DNA of 60,952 nucleotides from an uncultured Candidatus Saccharibacteria bacterium (GTDB lineage Bacteria; Patescibacteriota; WWE3; UBA101185; UBA10185): NCBI GenBank assembly GCA_964540135.1, contig CAZILK010000004.1, positions 1 to 60,952 of the forward strand, read 5' to 3'. Shown piece by piece: positions 10,676 to 21,904 of this stretch (position 1 is its first letter; each line of letters starts with the position of its first letter). The notes under the pieces were generated by a model. It saw only the letters and a program-made list of their open reading frames with translations, ran no database searches and was not told where the DNA came from. The position numbers and the translations under genes were made by a program.

Positions 10676-13600
10676 ATGCGAAATTTATCTGATCTAAAAG
10701 AATTCGATGCACTTCAAATCTATCTTGCTTCAAAAGAAGACATTTTAGAATGGTCTTACGGCGAGGTTACAAAACCTGAAACCATTAATTACCGAACTTT
10801 TAAACCTGAAAGAGATGGTCTTTTTGACGAAAGAATCTTTGGTCCGGTTAGTGATTACGAATGTCACTGCGGAAAATACAAAAGAATCCGCTATAAAGGT
10901 GTTATTTGTGATAAATGCGGTGTTGAAGTAACACACTCTCGTGTTAGACGAGAACGTATGGGGCATATTAAACTTGCCTCTTCTGTTGTTCACGTATGGT
11001 TTTTCAAGGGTATTCCTTCAAACATGGCACTCCTTATGGATATTTCGCCAAGAAACCTTGAATCAATCATCTACTTCTCATCTTTTATCGTAACTGAGGT
11101 TAATCATGCTGAGAAGGCTGGTGCTATTTCAAAGGTTGAAAAAGATTTAGAGATTATAAAAGAAAGAACTTTAAAAGAAGCTGAGAAAAAAATTGCTGAG
11201 CTTACTAAAGAATTTGAAAAAGATACCAAAGGTAAAAAAGACTTTACCGTTCAAGAGCTTCAGCTTAAATTAAAACAACAAACAGTTAAGATTAATGAAG
11301 AAGCTTCAAAAGCTGTTGAAGAGACTGCTAGAAACTACAAAATCTTCTCCAAGAAACTCGAATCTATTAATAGATTAACTGTTCTTGCAGATACTGAGTA
11401 CTACAATTTAATGGAGTATCTTGATGCTTTCTGTAAGGTAGAAATTGGAGCTGATGCTATTCAAACAGTACTTGCATCAATGGATTTAAATGAATTATCA
11501 GAAGCTTTAAGTTCAGAGCTTGAAAAATCAAAAGGACAAAAAGCCTTAAAAATCTCAAAGAGACTTAAGGTTGTAGAGGGTTTTAGAAGAGCAAATATTA
11601 GCCCAACCCGAATGGTACTTGATATTTTGCCAGTCATACCGCCAGACCTAAGACCTATGGTTCAACTTGACGGTGGAAGATTTGCAACATCAGACCTTAA
11701 CGACTTATACAGAAGAGTTATTAATAGAAACAATAGACTACGAAGACTACTTGATCTTGGTGCACCTGAAATTATTGTTAGAAATGAAAAAAGAATGCTG
11801 CAAGAATCAGTGGACGCTTTGTTTGATTCATCAAAACAAAGACAGAATCTCAGAAATACTAAAGGCAAGAAACAATTAAGGTCACTCGCTGATATGTTAA
11901 AAGGTAAACAAGGTAGATTTAGACTGAACCTTCTTGGTAAGAGAGTCGATTACTCCGGTCGTTCAGTTATTGTAAATGGACCACATCTTAAACTTAATGA
12001 GTGCGGACTTCCTAAAGAAATGGCACTTGAACTATTTAAACCTATGGTTTTAAGAGAAGTACTTTCAAGAGGCTACGCCCCTAATGTTAAAAGTGCAAAA
12101 TTTGTACTTGAAGCAAGAGGGCCTGAGATTTGGGCGATTCTTGAAGAAGTAGTTAAAGGGCACCCAATCTTACTTAACAGACAACCAACACTTTGGAGAC
12201 TTGGTATTCAAGCTTTTTATCCAAAGCTTATTGAAGGAAATGCAGTTCAATTGACACTTGTTGTTACTGGTGGATTTAACGCAGACTTTGACGGAGACCA
12301 GATGTCAGTACATGTACCTCTTTCAGAAAAAGCAGTTGAAGAAGCAAAGACAATCATGATGTCTACTGAAAACTTGCTAAAACCATCTGATGGAGCATTC
12401 TCATCAGTACCAAACAAAATCTTGATCTTCGGGCTTTACTTCATGACCGTTATTGATCCAGAGCTGCCTATTATTGATAGAGTGTTTGCATCTCCTGAAG
12501 AGGTTTTGTACCTTTATCAAGGCCAAAAAGAAATTAACCTTAGACAGCTACTTAAAGTTAGAATCAATGGCGAAATAATTGAAACAACTCCTGGAAGAAT
12601 ATTATTCAATGAAATCCTTCCTAAGAGTTTTGCATTTGTGAATACACCGATTGTAAAATCTGATGTTGGTAAGTTATTAACTCAAGCACTTGATACAGAA
12701 CCAAAAGATGTTGTTATCAAGCTTATCGACGATATTAAAGATATCGGGCTTACATACGGAACAATCTCTGGAAACTCAGTATCTCTTAGTGACTTTGAAG
12801 TACCAACAGAAAGAGACAGTATCATTGAAGAGGGTAAAGTCGCTGTTGCTGAGCTTGATAAAAAATATAGAAGAGGACTTATAACAAAAGCTGAGGCTAC
12901 AAGATCAAAACAAGAAGTATGGATTAATGTAACTCAAAAAGTAGGAACACTTGCTTGGGAAGCTCTTACCGATACCAACCCAATTAAAGTCTTGATGAAA
13001 TCAAAAGCAATTAGAGCTGATTTTGACCAACTTAAACAGATTGCTGGTATTAAAGGACTTATCTCCGATCCTACTGGTAAAATTGTTGAACTACCAATTC
13101 TTGGTAATTACAAACTTGGACTTTCAGGTCTTGAATACTTCATAGGTTCAAGAGGAGCCCGAAAAGGACTTGTAGACAAAGGTCTTAAGACAGCAGATGC
13201 AGGGTACTTAACAAGAAGACTTGCGGATGTTGCGCAGGAGGTTTTGATTCGTGAAGAAGACTGCGAGACGCTTGAAGGTAGAATTGTAAAAGTTGGCGAA
13301 GGAACCTTAATTGATCCATTTAAGACACGTTATGCAGGAAGATATCTTGCAGATGATGTTAAAGTTGACGGCAAGGTTGCATTCAAACACGGCTCGCTAT
13401 TAACACCAGAGGTACTTGAAGATATAGAAAAATCAAAAGTAACACACATTAAAGTAAGGTCCCCTCTTGATTGTAAAACTCAAAGAGGTGTATGTACTAA
13501 GTGTTATGGTAGCGATCTTATGACCAGAAAACCTGTTGAGATCGGAATGGCTGTTGGTATTTCAGCAGCTCAATCAATTGGAGAACCTGGAACACAATTG

Positions 13601-14350
13601 ACACTTAGAACTTTCCATACTGGAGGAATTGTTGGTAAAGATATAACTCAAGGTTTACCAAGAGTTGAAGAGCTTTTTGAAGCTAGAACTCCAAAAAATC
13701 TTGCTATTATGGCTGAGATAACAGGACTTGTTAAGATAAGTACTGCAGGAGACGAACGCAAGATTGCAATCATTGCAGAGGACAAATCAGAAGATCAACA
13801 ATTTGTTGAATACTCGGTAGATCCTATCTCAGAGATTTTGGTTGAAGACGGAGCACACGTTGAGAAAGGCGATAAGTTAACATCTGGCAACCTTGATCTT
13901 ACTGAGCTCTTAAGAACCGTTGGTATTGCTGGTACTAAGAAATACATTGTTGATGAAATTCAAAATGTTTATGCATCACAAGGAGTTTCCATCAATGATA
14001 AGCATGTTGAGGTTATAACAAGACAGATGTTTAACAATGTCCGAATTGAGAATTCTGGTGATACCGAGTTCTTGACCGGCGAAATTGTTACAAGAGCTAA
14101 GTTTGAAGAACTAAACGAGGGTGTACTTGCTGTTGGCGGAGAGCCTGCTGAAGCAAAAGTTACACTTCTTGGTATAACCAAAGCATCGTTAAAAACTGAC
14201 AGCTTTTTAGCAGCTGCATCATTCATTCAAACAAGCCAAGTGTTGACCGAGGCTGCGGCTTCTGGTAAGGTAGATAAGCTTTTAGGTCTTAAGGAAAACG
14301 TAATAATCGGAAGATTAATTCCAACAGGTCCGGAGGCAAGAGTAGAATAA
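10676..14350 (+). CDS. rpoC: RNA polymerase beta' subunit
   Basis: NADFDGD, both Zn-site Cys sets; start moved to ATG 10676 after AAGGAG. Confidence 0.99.
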   Translation: MRNLSDLKEFDALQIYLASKEDILEWSYGEVTKPETINYRTFKPERDGLFDERIFGPVSDYECHCGKYKRIRYKGVICDKCGVEVTHSRVRRERMGHIKLASSVVHVWFFKGIPSNMALLMDISPRNLESIIYFSSFIVTEVNHAEKAGAISKVEKDLEIIKERTLKEAEKKIAELTKEFEKDTKGKKDFTVQELQLKLKQQTVKINEEASKAVEETARNYKIFSKKLESINRLTVLADTEYYNLMEYLDAFCKVEIGADAIQTVLASMDLNELSEALSSELEKSKGQKALKISKRLKVVEGFRRANISPTRMVLDILPVIPPDLRPMVQLDGGRFATSDLNDLYRRVINRNNRLRRLLDLGAPEIIVRNEKRMLQESVDALFDSSKQRQNLRNTKGKKQLRSLADMLKGKQGRFRLNLLGKRVDYSGRSVIVNGPHLKLNECGLPKEMALELFKPMVLREVLSRGYAPNVKSAKFVLEARGPEIWAILEEVVKGHPILLNRQPTLWRLGIQAFYPKLIEGNAVQLTLVVTGGFNADFDGDQMSVHVPLSEKAVEEAKTIMMSTENLLKPSDGAFSSVPNKILIFGLYFMTVIDPELPIIDRVFASPEEVLYLYQGQKEINLRQLLKVRINGEIIETTPGRILFNEILPKSFAFVNTPIVKSDVGKLLTQALDTEPKDVVIKLIDDIKDIGLTYGTISGNSVSLSDFEVPTERDSIIEEGKVAVAELDKKYRRGLITKAEATRSKQEVWINVTQKVGTLAWEALTDTNPIKVLMKSKAIRADFDQLKQIAGIKGLISDPTGKIVELPILGNYKLGLSGLEYFIGSRGARKGLVDKGLKTADAGYLTRRLADVAQEVLIREEDCETLEGRIVKVGEGTLIDPFKTRYAGRYLADDVKVDGKVAFKHGSLLTPEVLEDIEKSKVTHIKVRSPLDCKTQRGVCTKCYGSDLMTRKPVEIGMAVGISAAQSIGEPGTQLTLRTFHTGGIVGKDITQGLPRVEELFEARTPKNLAIMAEITGLVKISTAGDERKIAIIAEDKSEDQQFVEYSVDPISEILVEDGAHVEKGDKLTSGNLDLTELLRTVGIAGTKKYIVDEIQNVYASQGVSINDKHVEVITRQMFNNVRIENSGDTEFLTGEIVTRAKFEELNEGVLAVGGEPAEAKVTLLGITKASLKTDSFLAAASFIQTSQVLTEAAASGKVDKLLGLKENVIIGRLIPTGPEARVE

Positions 14351-14351
14351 T

Positions 14352-14777
14352 ATGCCAACTATAAACCAAATATTAAGAAAAGAGAGAAAATCAAAGATTG
14401 TTAGAAAGAAAATTAGAGCATTCTCATTTTCTTTTAATACATTAAAAAGAAAACCAGTTGAAAAGAAAGCACCTTATAAAAGAGGAGTTTGCCTTGTTGT
14501 TAAAACACAAACACCTAATAAACCAAACTCAGCTCTTCGCAAAGTAGCAAGAGTTAGGCTGTCAAACGGGTCTGAAATCACAGCCTACATTCCAGGCGAA
14601 GGCCATAGGCTTCAAGAGCACTCAGTTGTTCTTGTAAGAGGTGGTAGAGTTAAAGACTTAACTGGTATAAAATACACAATTGTAAGAGGTAAATACGATT
14701 TATTGGGAGTTGAGAAGAGAAAGAGCTCAAGATCAATTTACGGAACTAAAAAGGAAACTAAAGCAAAAGCTAAATAA
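14352..14777 (+). CDS. rpsL: 30S ribosomal protein S12 (uS12)
   Basis: [22 protein letters not shown]. Confidence 0.98.
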   Translation: MPTINQILRKERKSKIVRKKIRAFSFSFNTLKRKPVEKKAPYKRGVCLVVKTQTPNKPNSALRKVARVRLSNGSEITAYIPGEGHRLQEHSVVLVRGGRVKDLTGIKYTIVRGKYDLLGVEKRKSSRSIYGTKKETKAKAK

Positions 14778-14780
14778 CAT

Positions 14781-15245
14781 ATGAGATCACAAAGAGCAAA
14801 AAAAAGAATAGTCCAACCAGATAATGTCTATAAATCAAGGCTTGTTGCAAGGTTTATTAATATCATTATGTGGGACGGTAAAAAATCAACCGCTGAGAAC
14901 ATTGTTTACTCAGTCCTTGAGAAGATAGCTCCTGATAAAAAAGAAGCTTTAAAATACTTTGAAGACGCACTTCGAAACTTAATGCCAAAACAAGAAGTAA
15001 GATCCAGGAGAGTTGGTGGAGCTACATATCAAGTTCCAATGCCTGTTAAACATGAAAGGTCAGAAGCTTTAGCTGTCAGATGGTTGATAACAGCAGCTCG
15101 TGCAAAATCCGGCAAAGATATGATTGAAAGGCTTTTTAAAGAAGTTACTGATGCCCATGATAATACTGGTGCTGCAGTTAAAACTAGAGACGACAATCAC
15201 AAAATGGCAGAGGCTAATAAAGCATTTTCACACTTTAGGTTTTAA
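14781..15245 (+). CDS. rpsG: 30S ribosomal protein S7
   Basis: [21 protein letters not shown]. Confidence 0.98.
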   Translation: MRSQRAKKRIVQPDNVYKSRLVARFINIIMWDGKKSTAENIVYSVLEKIAPDKKEALKYFEDALRNLMPKQEVRSRRVGGATYQVPMPVKHERSEALAVRWLITAARAKSGKDMIERLFKEVTDAHDNTGAAVKTRDDNHKMAEANKAFSHFRF

Positions 15246-15247
15246 CT

Positions 15248-17329
15248 ATGGCTGCCAAATCTGATAACATAACTTATCCGCTCGACAAGATCCGAAACAT
15301 CGGGATAATTGCCCATATTGATGCTGGTAAAACAACATTAACTGAAAGCATTTTATATTACACTGGAAAGATTCATAAAATAGGTGAGGTTCACGAGGGA
15401 GATACCCAAATGGACTGGATGGTTCAAGAAAGAGAACGAGGAATTACAATTACTTCCGCTGCTACAACATGTTTTTGGTATGATAGTAGAATTAACATTA
15501 TTGATACACCAGGACACGTTGATTTTACAGCGGAAGTTGAAAGATCTTTAAGAGTTCTTGATGGTGCTGTTGTTGTATTTGACGGCAAAATGGGAGTTGA
15601 GCCACAATCTGAAACTGTTTGGCGCCAAGCAGATAAGTACTTCGTACCTCGTATTTGTTTTATAAATAAAATAAATCAAATCGGTGGCGATTTTTATAAG
15701 AGCCTTGACTCTATTCATGAAAAACTAACCAAAAACGCACTTCCTATCTTTTTACCACTTGGCTTTGAAAAAGATATGTACGGAGCCGTTGATCTTGTAA
15801 CCAGAAAAGCTCATACATACAAAGAATTTAAACAACATGATTTTGAAGACGGCGAGATACCTGAGGATATGAAAGATAAAGTTGAAATGTATAGAACAAA
15901 GCTTCTTGAGACAGTTGTTGAGTACGATGAAAGCTTGATGGAAAAATATCTAGCTGAGGGTGATATTACTGATGACGAATTTAGATCAGTAATTAGAAAA
16001 GCAGTTTTGTCTGGAAAATTTTATGCAGTTCTTGGCGGAGATGGCCGTGGTATAGCTGCAAAGCTAGCTCTTGATTCAGTCGTACACTATTTACCGTCGC
16101 CTCTTGATACTCCCGATATAGCAGCTCATACAAGAGAAGGAGAGGAAATTACTCTTCATTCAGATGAGAATGCTCCTTTTGCAGCTCTTGCGTTTAAAAT
16201 CCAAACTGATCCTTATGTTGGTAGACTTACATTTTTCAGAGTTTATTCTGGAAAAATAGCTGCAGGAACATATCTTTACAATACAACTAAAAACGAAAAA
16301 GAAAGACTCGGTCGAATCCTTTTAATGCATGCAAACCATAGAGAAGAGCTTAAAGAGATAAGAGCTGGAGAAATTGGCGCTGCTGTTGGACTTTCTGCTA
16401 CAACAACAGGAGACACTCTTTGTGCTGTTGATACTCCAGTTGTTCTGGAAAACATTGATTTTGCAGAACCAGTCATTGGTATTGTTATTGAACCAAAGAC
16501 AAAATCAGACAGAGATAAGCTTGGAGAAGCACTTAAAAAGCTTTTGGAAGAAGATCCTACATTTAAAGTTAAAAGTAATCCTGAAACCGGTGAAACATTA
16601 ATTCACGGAATGGGTGAGCTTCATTTGGAAATTAAAGTTGATAGGTTAAAAAGAGAATTTAATGTTGAAGTAAATACAGGAACACCGCAAGTTGCATATC
16701 GTGAAACTATCAAGAAAACTGTTGAACAAGAAGGTAAATACATCAGACAATCTGGAGGAAAAGGACAATACGGGCATGTTGTTATTAGAATGGAGCCAAA
16801 AGAACGAGGTTTTGGCCAGGTCTTTATTGATAAGATTGTTGGCGGATCTATTCCAAAAGAATATATTCCTGGTGTTGAAAAGGGTATTAAAGAAGCATCA
16901 GAATCCGGAGTCATTGCAGGGTATCCTGTCGTTGATTACGCAGTCACGTTGTACGATGGATCTTTTCACGATGTAGACTCGTCAGAACTTGCATTTAAAA
17001 TTGCAGCATCCGAGGCATTTAAAGCCGCACAAAAGAAAGCAGATCCATACATTATTGAACCAATTATGAAAGTTGAGGTTGTTGTTCCTGATGAGTATAT
17101 GGGAGATGTTATCGGAGACCTATCTTCAAAAAGAGGTAGGATTGAAGCAACAAACCCAAGAGGAACTGCTGTTGCTATATCTGCTAAAGTACCGCTATCT
17201 GAGATGTTTGGTTATGCAACCGAACTCAGAGGAATGACTCAAGGTAGGGCTTATTTTACAATGGAGCCAAGCCATTACGAGGAAGTTCCTCAAAACATAG
17301 CAGACGGTATAGCAACCAGGTCAAGATAA
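15248..17329 (+). CDS. fusA: elongation factor G
   Basis: [19 protein letters not shown], domain [14 protein letters not shown]; atypical G4 and G5 motifs. Confidence 0.98.
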   Translation: MAAKSDNITYPLDKIRNIGIIAHIDAGKTTLTESILYYTGKIHKIGEVHEGDTQMDWMVQERERGITITSAATTCFWYDSRINIIDTPGHVDFTAEVERSLRVLDGAVVVFDGKMGVEPQSETVWRQADKYFVPRICFINKINQIGGDFYKSLDSIHEKLTKNALPIFLPLGFEKDMYGAVDLVTRKAHTYKEFKQHDFEDGEIPEDMKDKVEMYRTKLLETVVEYDESLMEKYLAEGDITDDEFRSVIRKAVLSGKFYAVLGGDGRGIAAKLALDSVVHYLPSPLDTPDIAAHTREGEEITLHSDENAPFAALAFKIQTDPYVGRLTFFRVYSGKIAAGTYLYNTTKNEKERLGRILLMHANHREELKEIRAGEIGAAVGLSATTTGDTLCAVDTPVVLENIDFAEPVIGIVIEPKTKSDRDKLGEALKKLLEEDPTFKVKSNPETGETLIHGMGELHLEIKVDRLKREFNVEVNTGTPQVAYRETIKKTVEQEGKYIRQSGGKGQYGHVVIRMEPKERGFGQVFIDKIVGGSIPKEYIPGVEKGIKEASESGVIAGYPVVDYAVTLYDGSFHDVDSSELAFKIAASEAFKAAQKKADPYIIEPIMKVEVVVPDEYMGDVIGDLSSKRGRIEATNPRGTAVAISAKVPLSEMFGYATELRGMTQGRAYFTMEPSHYEEVPQNIADGIATRSR

Positions 17330-17476
17330 GAGATTTTTGGGGCAGAAAACTTGACCGAAAGGATTTAAATGTTGTAATTTAGCTAAAATCCTTGATTTTA
17401 TGTTAACAATTGCGTATAAATTACGTTGCTATTGTTAATAATAGTATTAATTTTTTAGAAAGGTAAGATAAACAAA

Positions 17477-18652
17477 ATGACAGATTATATAAGAAATAAG
17501 CCGCATGTAAACGTTGGTACCATGGGACACGTAGACCACGGTAAAACAACACTTACATCCGCAATTCTAAGTGTCCTTGCAGCCAAAGGTTTTGCAAAGC
17601 CACTTGGCGTTGATGGTATTGATAAGGCTCCTGAAGAAAAAGCCCGTGGAATTACCATTAACATTACTCACGTAGAGTACGAAACAGAATCAAGGCACTA
17701 CGCTCACGTAGATATGCCAGGTCACCGTGATTATATTAAAAACATGATCACAGGTGCTGCACAAACAGATGGGGTTATCCTTGTTGTTGCAGCAACCGAT
17801 GGACCTATGCCACAAACAAGAGAGCACTTGCTTCTTGCTAAGCAGGTTAACGTACCAAGTGTTATCGTGTTTTTAAACAAATGCGACTTGGTAGCCGATC
17901 CCGAGCTTCTTGATCTTGTTGAAATGGAAGTACGTGAACTTCTTAAGAAGTACGGCTTTGATGAGAATGCTCCAATTATTAGAGGTTCAGCAACAAAAGC
18001 ACTAGAAGGCGACCCTGCGAATGTTAAGGCTATCGAAGACTTAGTTAAAGCAATCGATGACTACATTCCGACACCAACAAGAGATACCGATAAGCCATTC
18101 TTGATGCCTATTGAAGACGTTTTCTCTATCAAAGGTAGAGGAACAGTCGCGACCGGTAAAATTGAGAGAGGTAAGATCGTTGTTAACTCTGAAGTTGAAA
18201 TCGTTGGTATAAAAGACACCAAAAAAACAGTTGTAACAGGAGTTGAGGCGTTTAAAAAACAAATGCAAGAAGCACTTGCAGGTGATAACGTTGGACTTTT
18301 GCTTCGTGGTGTTGACCGTGAAGAAATTGAAAGAGGACAGGTACTAGCTGTTCCTGGAAGTGTTAAGCCAAAAACAGAGTTTGAGGCAGAAGCATACATC
18401 TTAACAAAAGAAGAGGGTGGTCGTGAAAAACCATTCTTTACCGGTTACAGACCTCAGTTCTACATCAGAACAACAGATGTAACAGGAGAAATAGCTCTTC
18501 CTGAAGGTGTTGAGATGGTCATGCCAGGAGATAACCTTAAATTTAGAGTTAAATTAATTAGCCCAATTGCACTTGAAGATGGTGTAAGGTTCGCAATAAG
18601 AGAAGGCGGACTTACAGTTGGGGCAGGAGTTGCAACCAAGATTCTTGGTTAA
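17477..18652 (+). CDS. tuf: elongation factor Tu
   Basis: [21 protein letters not shown]; upstream GAAAGG RBS. Confidence 0.99.
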   Translation: MTDYIRNKPHVNVGTMGHVDHGKTTLTSAILSVLAAKGFAKPLGVDGIDKAPEEKARGITINITHVEYETESRHYAHVDMPGHRDYIKNMITGAAQTDGVILVVAATDGPMPQTREHLLLAKQVNVPSVIVFLNKCDLVADPELLDLVEMEVRELLKKYGFDENAPIIRGSATKALEGDPANVKAIEDLVKAIDDYIPTPTRDTDKPFLMPIEDVFSIKGRGTVATGKIERGKIVVNSEVEIVGIKDTKKTVVTGVEAFKKQMQEALAGDNVGLLLRGVDREEIERGQVLAVPGSVKPKTEFEAEAYILTKEEGGREKPFFTGYRPQFYIRTTDVTGEIALPEGVEMVMPGDNLKFRVKLISPIALEDGVRFAIREGGLTVGAGVATKILG

Positions 18653-18665
18653 AGGAAAAACGTAT

Positions 18666-18977
18666 ATGGCAGGTCAATCAAAAATCAGAATTAAACTAAA
18701 AGGATACGACAATAGAGTTGTTGACCTTAGTACAAACAAAATCGTAGATACGGCAATTAGGACTGGGGCTAAGGTTATTGGCCCCATTCCTTTGCCAACA
18801 AAGCTTGAAAAATATACGGTCATTCGCGGACCGCATATTGATAAGAGGTCAAGAGAGCAGTTTGAGCTCAGAACTCACAAAAGATTACTTGAGATTGTTG
18901 GCCCAACGGCTGCAACAATTGATAATCTTTCCAATCTTGACTTACCGGCAGGGGTAGATGTATCCATTAAGATGTAA
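18666..18977 (+). CDS. rpsJ: 30S ribosomal protein S10
   Basis: [20 protein letters not shown]; start moved to ATG 18666. Confidence 0.98.
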   Translation: MAGQSKIRIKLKGYDNRVVDLSTNKIVDTAIRTGAKVIGPIPLPTKLEKYTVIRGPHIDKRSREQFELRTHKRLLEIVGPTAATIDNLSNLDLPAGVDVSIKM

Positions 18978-18993
18978 CTACTTGGTAAAACTA

Positions 18994-19022
18994 TTGGATT
19001 TAAGCTAAATAACTGCTAAAAT
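18994..19022 (+). promoter_or_regulatory. candidate internal promoter upstream of rplC
   Basis: TTGGAT (18994-99)-N17-TAAAAT (19017-22) with TG extension. Confidence 0.55.
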
Positions 19023-19078
19023 GCGACTTGTGTTAAACAAAAAAACATAGCACTAACAAGTTCAGGGAAGCTCGGATC

Positions 19079-19100
19079 AGCGCCCTAGGGCGCTTTTTTT
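19079..19100 (+). terminator. intrinsic terminator or attenuator-like hairpin before rplC
   Basis: AGCGCC-CTAG-GGCGCT followed by a T run ending 5 nt before the rplC ATG. Confidence 0.7.
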
Positions 19101-19105
19101 GTACA

Positions 19106-19537
19106 ATGGAAAAACTATTATTAAAAGGAAAAAAACTACAGATGAGCCAAGTCTTTACAGCGGAAGGTAAGTGTTTACCTGTTACTGTTGTTAGGATGGA
19201 GGCCGATTTTACTGATGAGCTTTTAGACAAAGCAGTCCAGATTGTTGGTACATCAAAAGGTAAAGGGTTTACCGGTGTTATGAAAAGATGGGGTTTTGCA
19301 GGACTTCAAGCAACAAGAGGTCAGTCAAATACACCAAGATCAGCAGGTTCGATAGGTGCGCAAACACCTGGCCGTGTTTATAAAGGCAAGAAAATGGCAG
19401 GACACAAGGGGAACGTTCGCATTACTATTAAAGGTTCTAAGATAGTTCAGCTTAATACTGATACAAAAGAGATAATGGTTTTTGGTCCAGTACCAGGAGC
19501 TCGTAACTCAAATGTAGTTTTAAAGGTAGGAGCTTAA
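19106..19537 (+). CDS. rplC: 50S ribosomal protein L3 (short, 143 aa)
   Basis: [43 protein letters not shown]. Confidence 0.95.
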   Translation: MEKLLLKGKKLQMSQVFTAEGKCLPVTVVRMEADFTDELLDKAVQIVGTSKGKGFTGVMKRWGFAGLQATRGQSNTPRSAGSIGAQTPGRVYKGKKMAGHKGNVRITIKGSKIVQLNTDTKEIMVFGPVPGARNSNVVLKVGA

Positions 19538-19538
19538 T

Positions 19539-20168
19539 ATGGAATTAAAAGTACTAGATATTACAGGTAAAGAACAAAAAACAATCAAGGCTGATGATAA
19601 GGTTTTTGGTGCCAAGGTTAATCAACCACTACTTGCTCAGTATATTAGAGTATTTTTAGCCAATGCAAGACAAGGTACTGCCAGTACAAAAACAAGAGGT
19701 GAGGTATCCGGTAGCGGACATAAACCATGGAAGCAAAAAGGAACAGGGCGTGCTAGGCACGGGTCTATTAGAAGCCCTATCTGGCCTGGAGGAGGCGTGT
19801 CACACGGTCCTAAACCAAAAAGCTGGAGTTTAGCTATGCCAAAGAAGATGAAGAGGCTCGCAATGATCTCAGCGCTATCTTTTAAAGGCACAAGTAATAA
19901 GATTACAATTCTTGACTCCTTAACTCTATCAGCCCCTAAAACAAGCCAAATGGATTCCCTGTTAAAAACACTTAATAGTGACGGGAAATCAACACTTTTT
20001 ATACTAAATACAAATGATTTAAATGTCAGGAAAAGCATCACTAACATTGCAAACGCAACAACAGCCCTTGTTCAGAATGTTAATCCTTATGAAGTAACAA
20101 AAGCTAAGAATATAATTATTGAACAAGCAGCAGTTGATTATTTGAATGATAAATACAAAACATTATGA
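19539..20168 (+). CDS. rplD: 50S ribosomal protein L4
   Basis: [23 protein letters not shown]. Confidence 0.98.
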   Translation: MELKVLDITGKEQKTIKADDKVFGAKVNQPLLAQYIRVFLANARQGTASTKTRGEVSGSGHKPWKQKGTGRARHGSIRSPIWPGGGVSHGPKPKSWSLAMPKKMKRLAMISALSFKGTSNKITILDSLTLSAPKTSQMDSLLKTLNSDGKSTLFILNTNDLNVRKSITNIANATTALVQNVNPYEVTKAKNIIIEQAAVDYLNDKYKTL

Positions 20169-20446
20169 AACTGACTAGCGTAATTTACAGCTTAATAGAA
20201 ACAGAAAAGACCGAGGGGTTAAAAGCATCGCAAAATGTCTATGCTCTAAAAGTTACAAATAAAGCAAGTAAAGATGCAATCGAGAAATCTCTTAAAGACG
20301 CATTCAAAGTTGATTGTGTTTGGGTAAAAACAATGATTATGCCTGGTAAAAAAAGACGACTAAGTAAAACTGCTCGCTTTGTTACAACAGCTAGCTGGAA
20401 AAAAGCATTAGTTAAACTTAAGACAGGACAAAAACTAGAACTATGA
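20165..20446 (+). CDS. rplW: 50S ribosomal protein L23
   Basis: [11 protein letters not shown]; position in S10 cluster. Confidence 0.93.
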   Translation: MKLTSVIYSLIETEKTEGLKASQNVYALKVTNKASKDAIEKSLKDAFKVDCVWVKTMIMPGKKRRLSKTARFVTTASWKKALVKLKTGQKLEL

Positions 20447-21270
20447 TAAAAAAATATAGACCGGTTACACCGGGAACAAGACACAGAAAAGTACTTGTCC
20501 ATAAAGAGGTTACTGTTTCAAAGCCTCACAAAGCACTTATTGAGAGCTCAAAAGGCACTGTTGGCAGAAATCACGGTAGAATCTCAAGCAGGCATCGAGA
20601 ACAAGGTCATAAAAAGGCTTACAGAATAATTGATTTTAAAAGAGGTAAACACGATATAGTGGCCTCGGTTGCAACTATTGAGTATGATCCAAACAGAGGG
20701 CCAAATATTGCTCTTTTACATTACGCTGATGGCGAAAAAAGCTATATCTTAGCTCCAGAAGGCATTAAGGTTGGTTCAAAGCTCGTAGCTGGTGAAAAAG
20801 TTGAAGTTGCGGTTGGCAATGCCCTGCCTCTTCAAAATATCCCACTTGGTGTTTCTGTACACAATATAGAAATAAACCCGGGTCATGGCGGTCAAATGGC
20901 AAGAGGAGCTGGTAATTCAGCATTAATAATGGCAAAAGAAGGTAACTATGTTTCGTTAAAACTCCCCAGTGGAGAGGTTAAAAAAGTTCACGGTAGGTGC
21001 TATGCTACTATCGGTGTTCTTGGTAACATGGATGCTCGCCTTGTTGTTCTTGGTAAAGCTGGAATCAATAAACATCTTGGAAACAGACCTCATGTTCGTG
21101 GAGTTGCAATGGCAAACCCAGCAAAACACCCACATGCAGGGTCATATAATGATAAGGGAGTTGGTATGAAGTTTCCTAAATCCCCATGGGGTTGGAATAC
21201 TAGAGGTAAAAAGACACGAAGCAGATCACATACTAATAAGTTTTTGGTTAAAGACAGAAGGAAGAAGTAA
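20443..21270 (+). CDS. rplB: 50S ribosomal protein L2
   Basis: IEYDPNR, RPHVRGVAMANP, HPH. Confidence 0.98.
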   Translation: MIKKYRPVTPGTRHRKVLVHKEVTVSKPHKALIESSKGTVGRNHGRISSRHREQGHKKAYRIIDFKRGKHDIVASVATIEYDPNRGPNIALLHYADGEKSYILAPEGIKVGSKLVAGEKVEVAVGNALPLQNIPLGVSVHNIEINPGHGGQMARGAGNSALIMAKEGNYVSLKLPSGEVKKVHGRCYATIGVLGNMDARLVVLGKAGINKHLGNRPHVRGVAMANPAKHPHAGSYNDKGVGMKFPKSPWGWNTRGKKTRSRSHTNKFLVKDRRKK

Positions 21271-21285
21271 TTTCTTTAAACTAAC

Positions 21286-21555
21286 ATGACTAGATCAGTA
21301 AAAAAAGGACCATATGTAGACGAAAAGCTTATGATCAAGGTAGGTAAAATGCTAGGTGAAGGCACTAAAAAAGCAATTAAGACTTGGGCACGTGCTTCAA
21401 CTATTACGCCTGAGATGGTAGGCTTAACATTCGAGGTTCATAACGGGAAAGATTTTTTGCAAGTTTATGTAACAGAAGCAATGGTTGGGCATAAACTTGG
21501 AGAGTTTTCTCCAACCAGAAAGTTTAGAGGGCATTCCTCAAAGAAACTAAAATAA
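21286..21555 (+). CDS. rpsS: 30S ribosomal protein S19
   Basis: [17 protein letters not shown]. Confidence 0.98.
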   Translation: MTRSVKKGPYVDEKLMIKVGKMLGEGTKKAIKTWARASTITPEMVGLTFEVHNGKDFLQVYVTEAMVGHKLGEFSPTRKFRGHSSKKLK

Positions 21556-21556
21556 A

Positions 21557-21904
21557 ATGAAAAAAGCACTTGTATACAGTTTAACTAAAAATGTAGCAAT
21601 ATCACCTAAAAAGGTGCGTATTGTAATGGATATCGTCAGAGGTAAAAATGTTGCTATCGCGCAGACTATCCTTAAGTTTGATAAAACAAAAGCGTCTAAG
21701 CTTATTTTGAAGACTTTAAACTCAGCAATTGCTAATGCTAAAAACAATCTTGATTTAAAACCTGAGAATCTATACATTGCAGATCTTCAAGCAAATGAAG
21801 GGTTATTTAGAAAAGACGCACGTATTGTTGCAATGGGGAGAATAAACCCGATAATTAAGAGATCAACACACATAAGTGTTGGACTTGCGGAAAGGAACAA
21901 ATAA
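21557..21904 (+). CDS. rplV: 50S ribosomal protein L22
   Basis: ISPKKVR, SAIANA, KRSTHI. Confidence 0.96.
   Translation: MKKALVYSLTKNVAISPKKVRIVMDIVRGKNVAIAQTILKFDKTKASKLILKTLNSAIANAKNNLDLKPENLYIADLQANEGLFRKDARIVAMGRINPIIKRSTHISVGLAERNK

Noticed and set aside
17330-17476. Possible structured RNA in the fusA-tuf spacer (AGGATTT/AAATCCT and TAACAAT/ATTGTTA pairings)
   Set aside because: The stems are AT-rich and short, and the region is adequately explained by a tuf promoter and RBS
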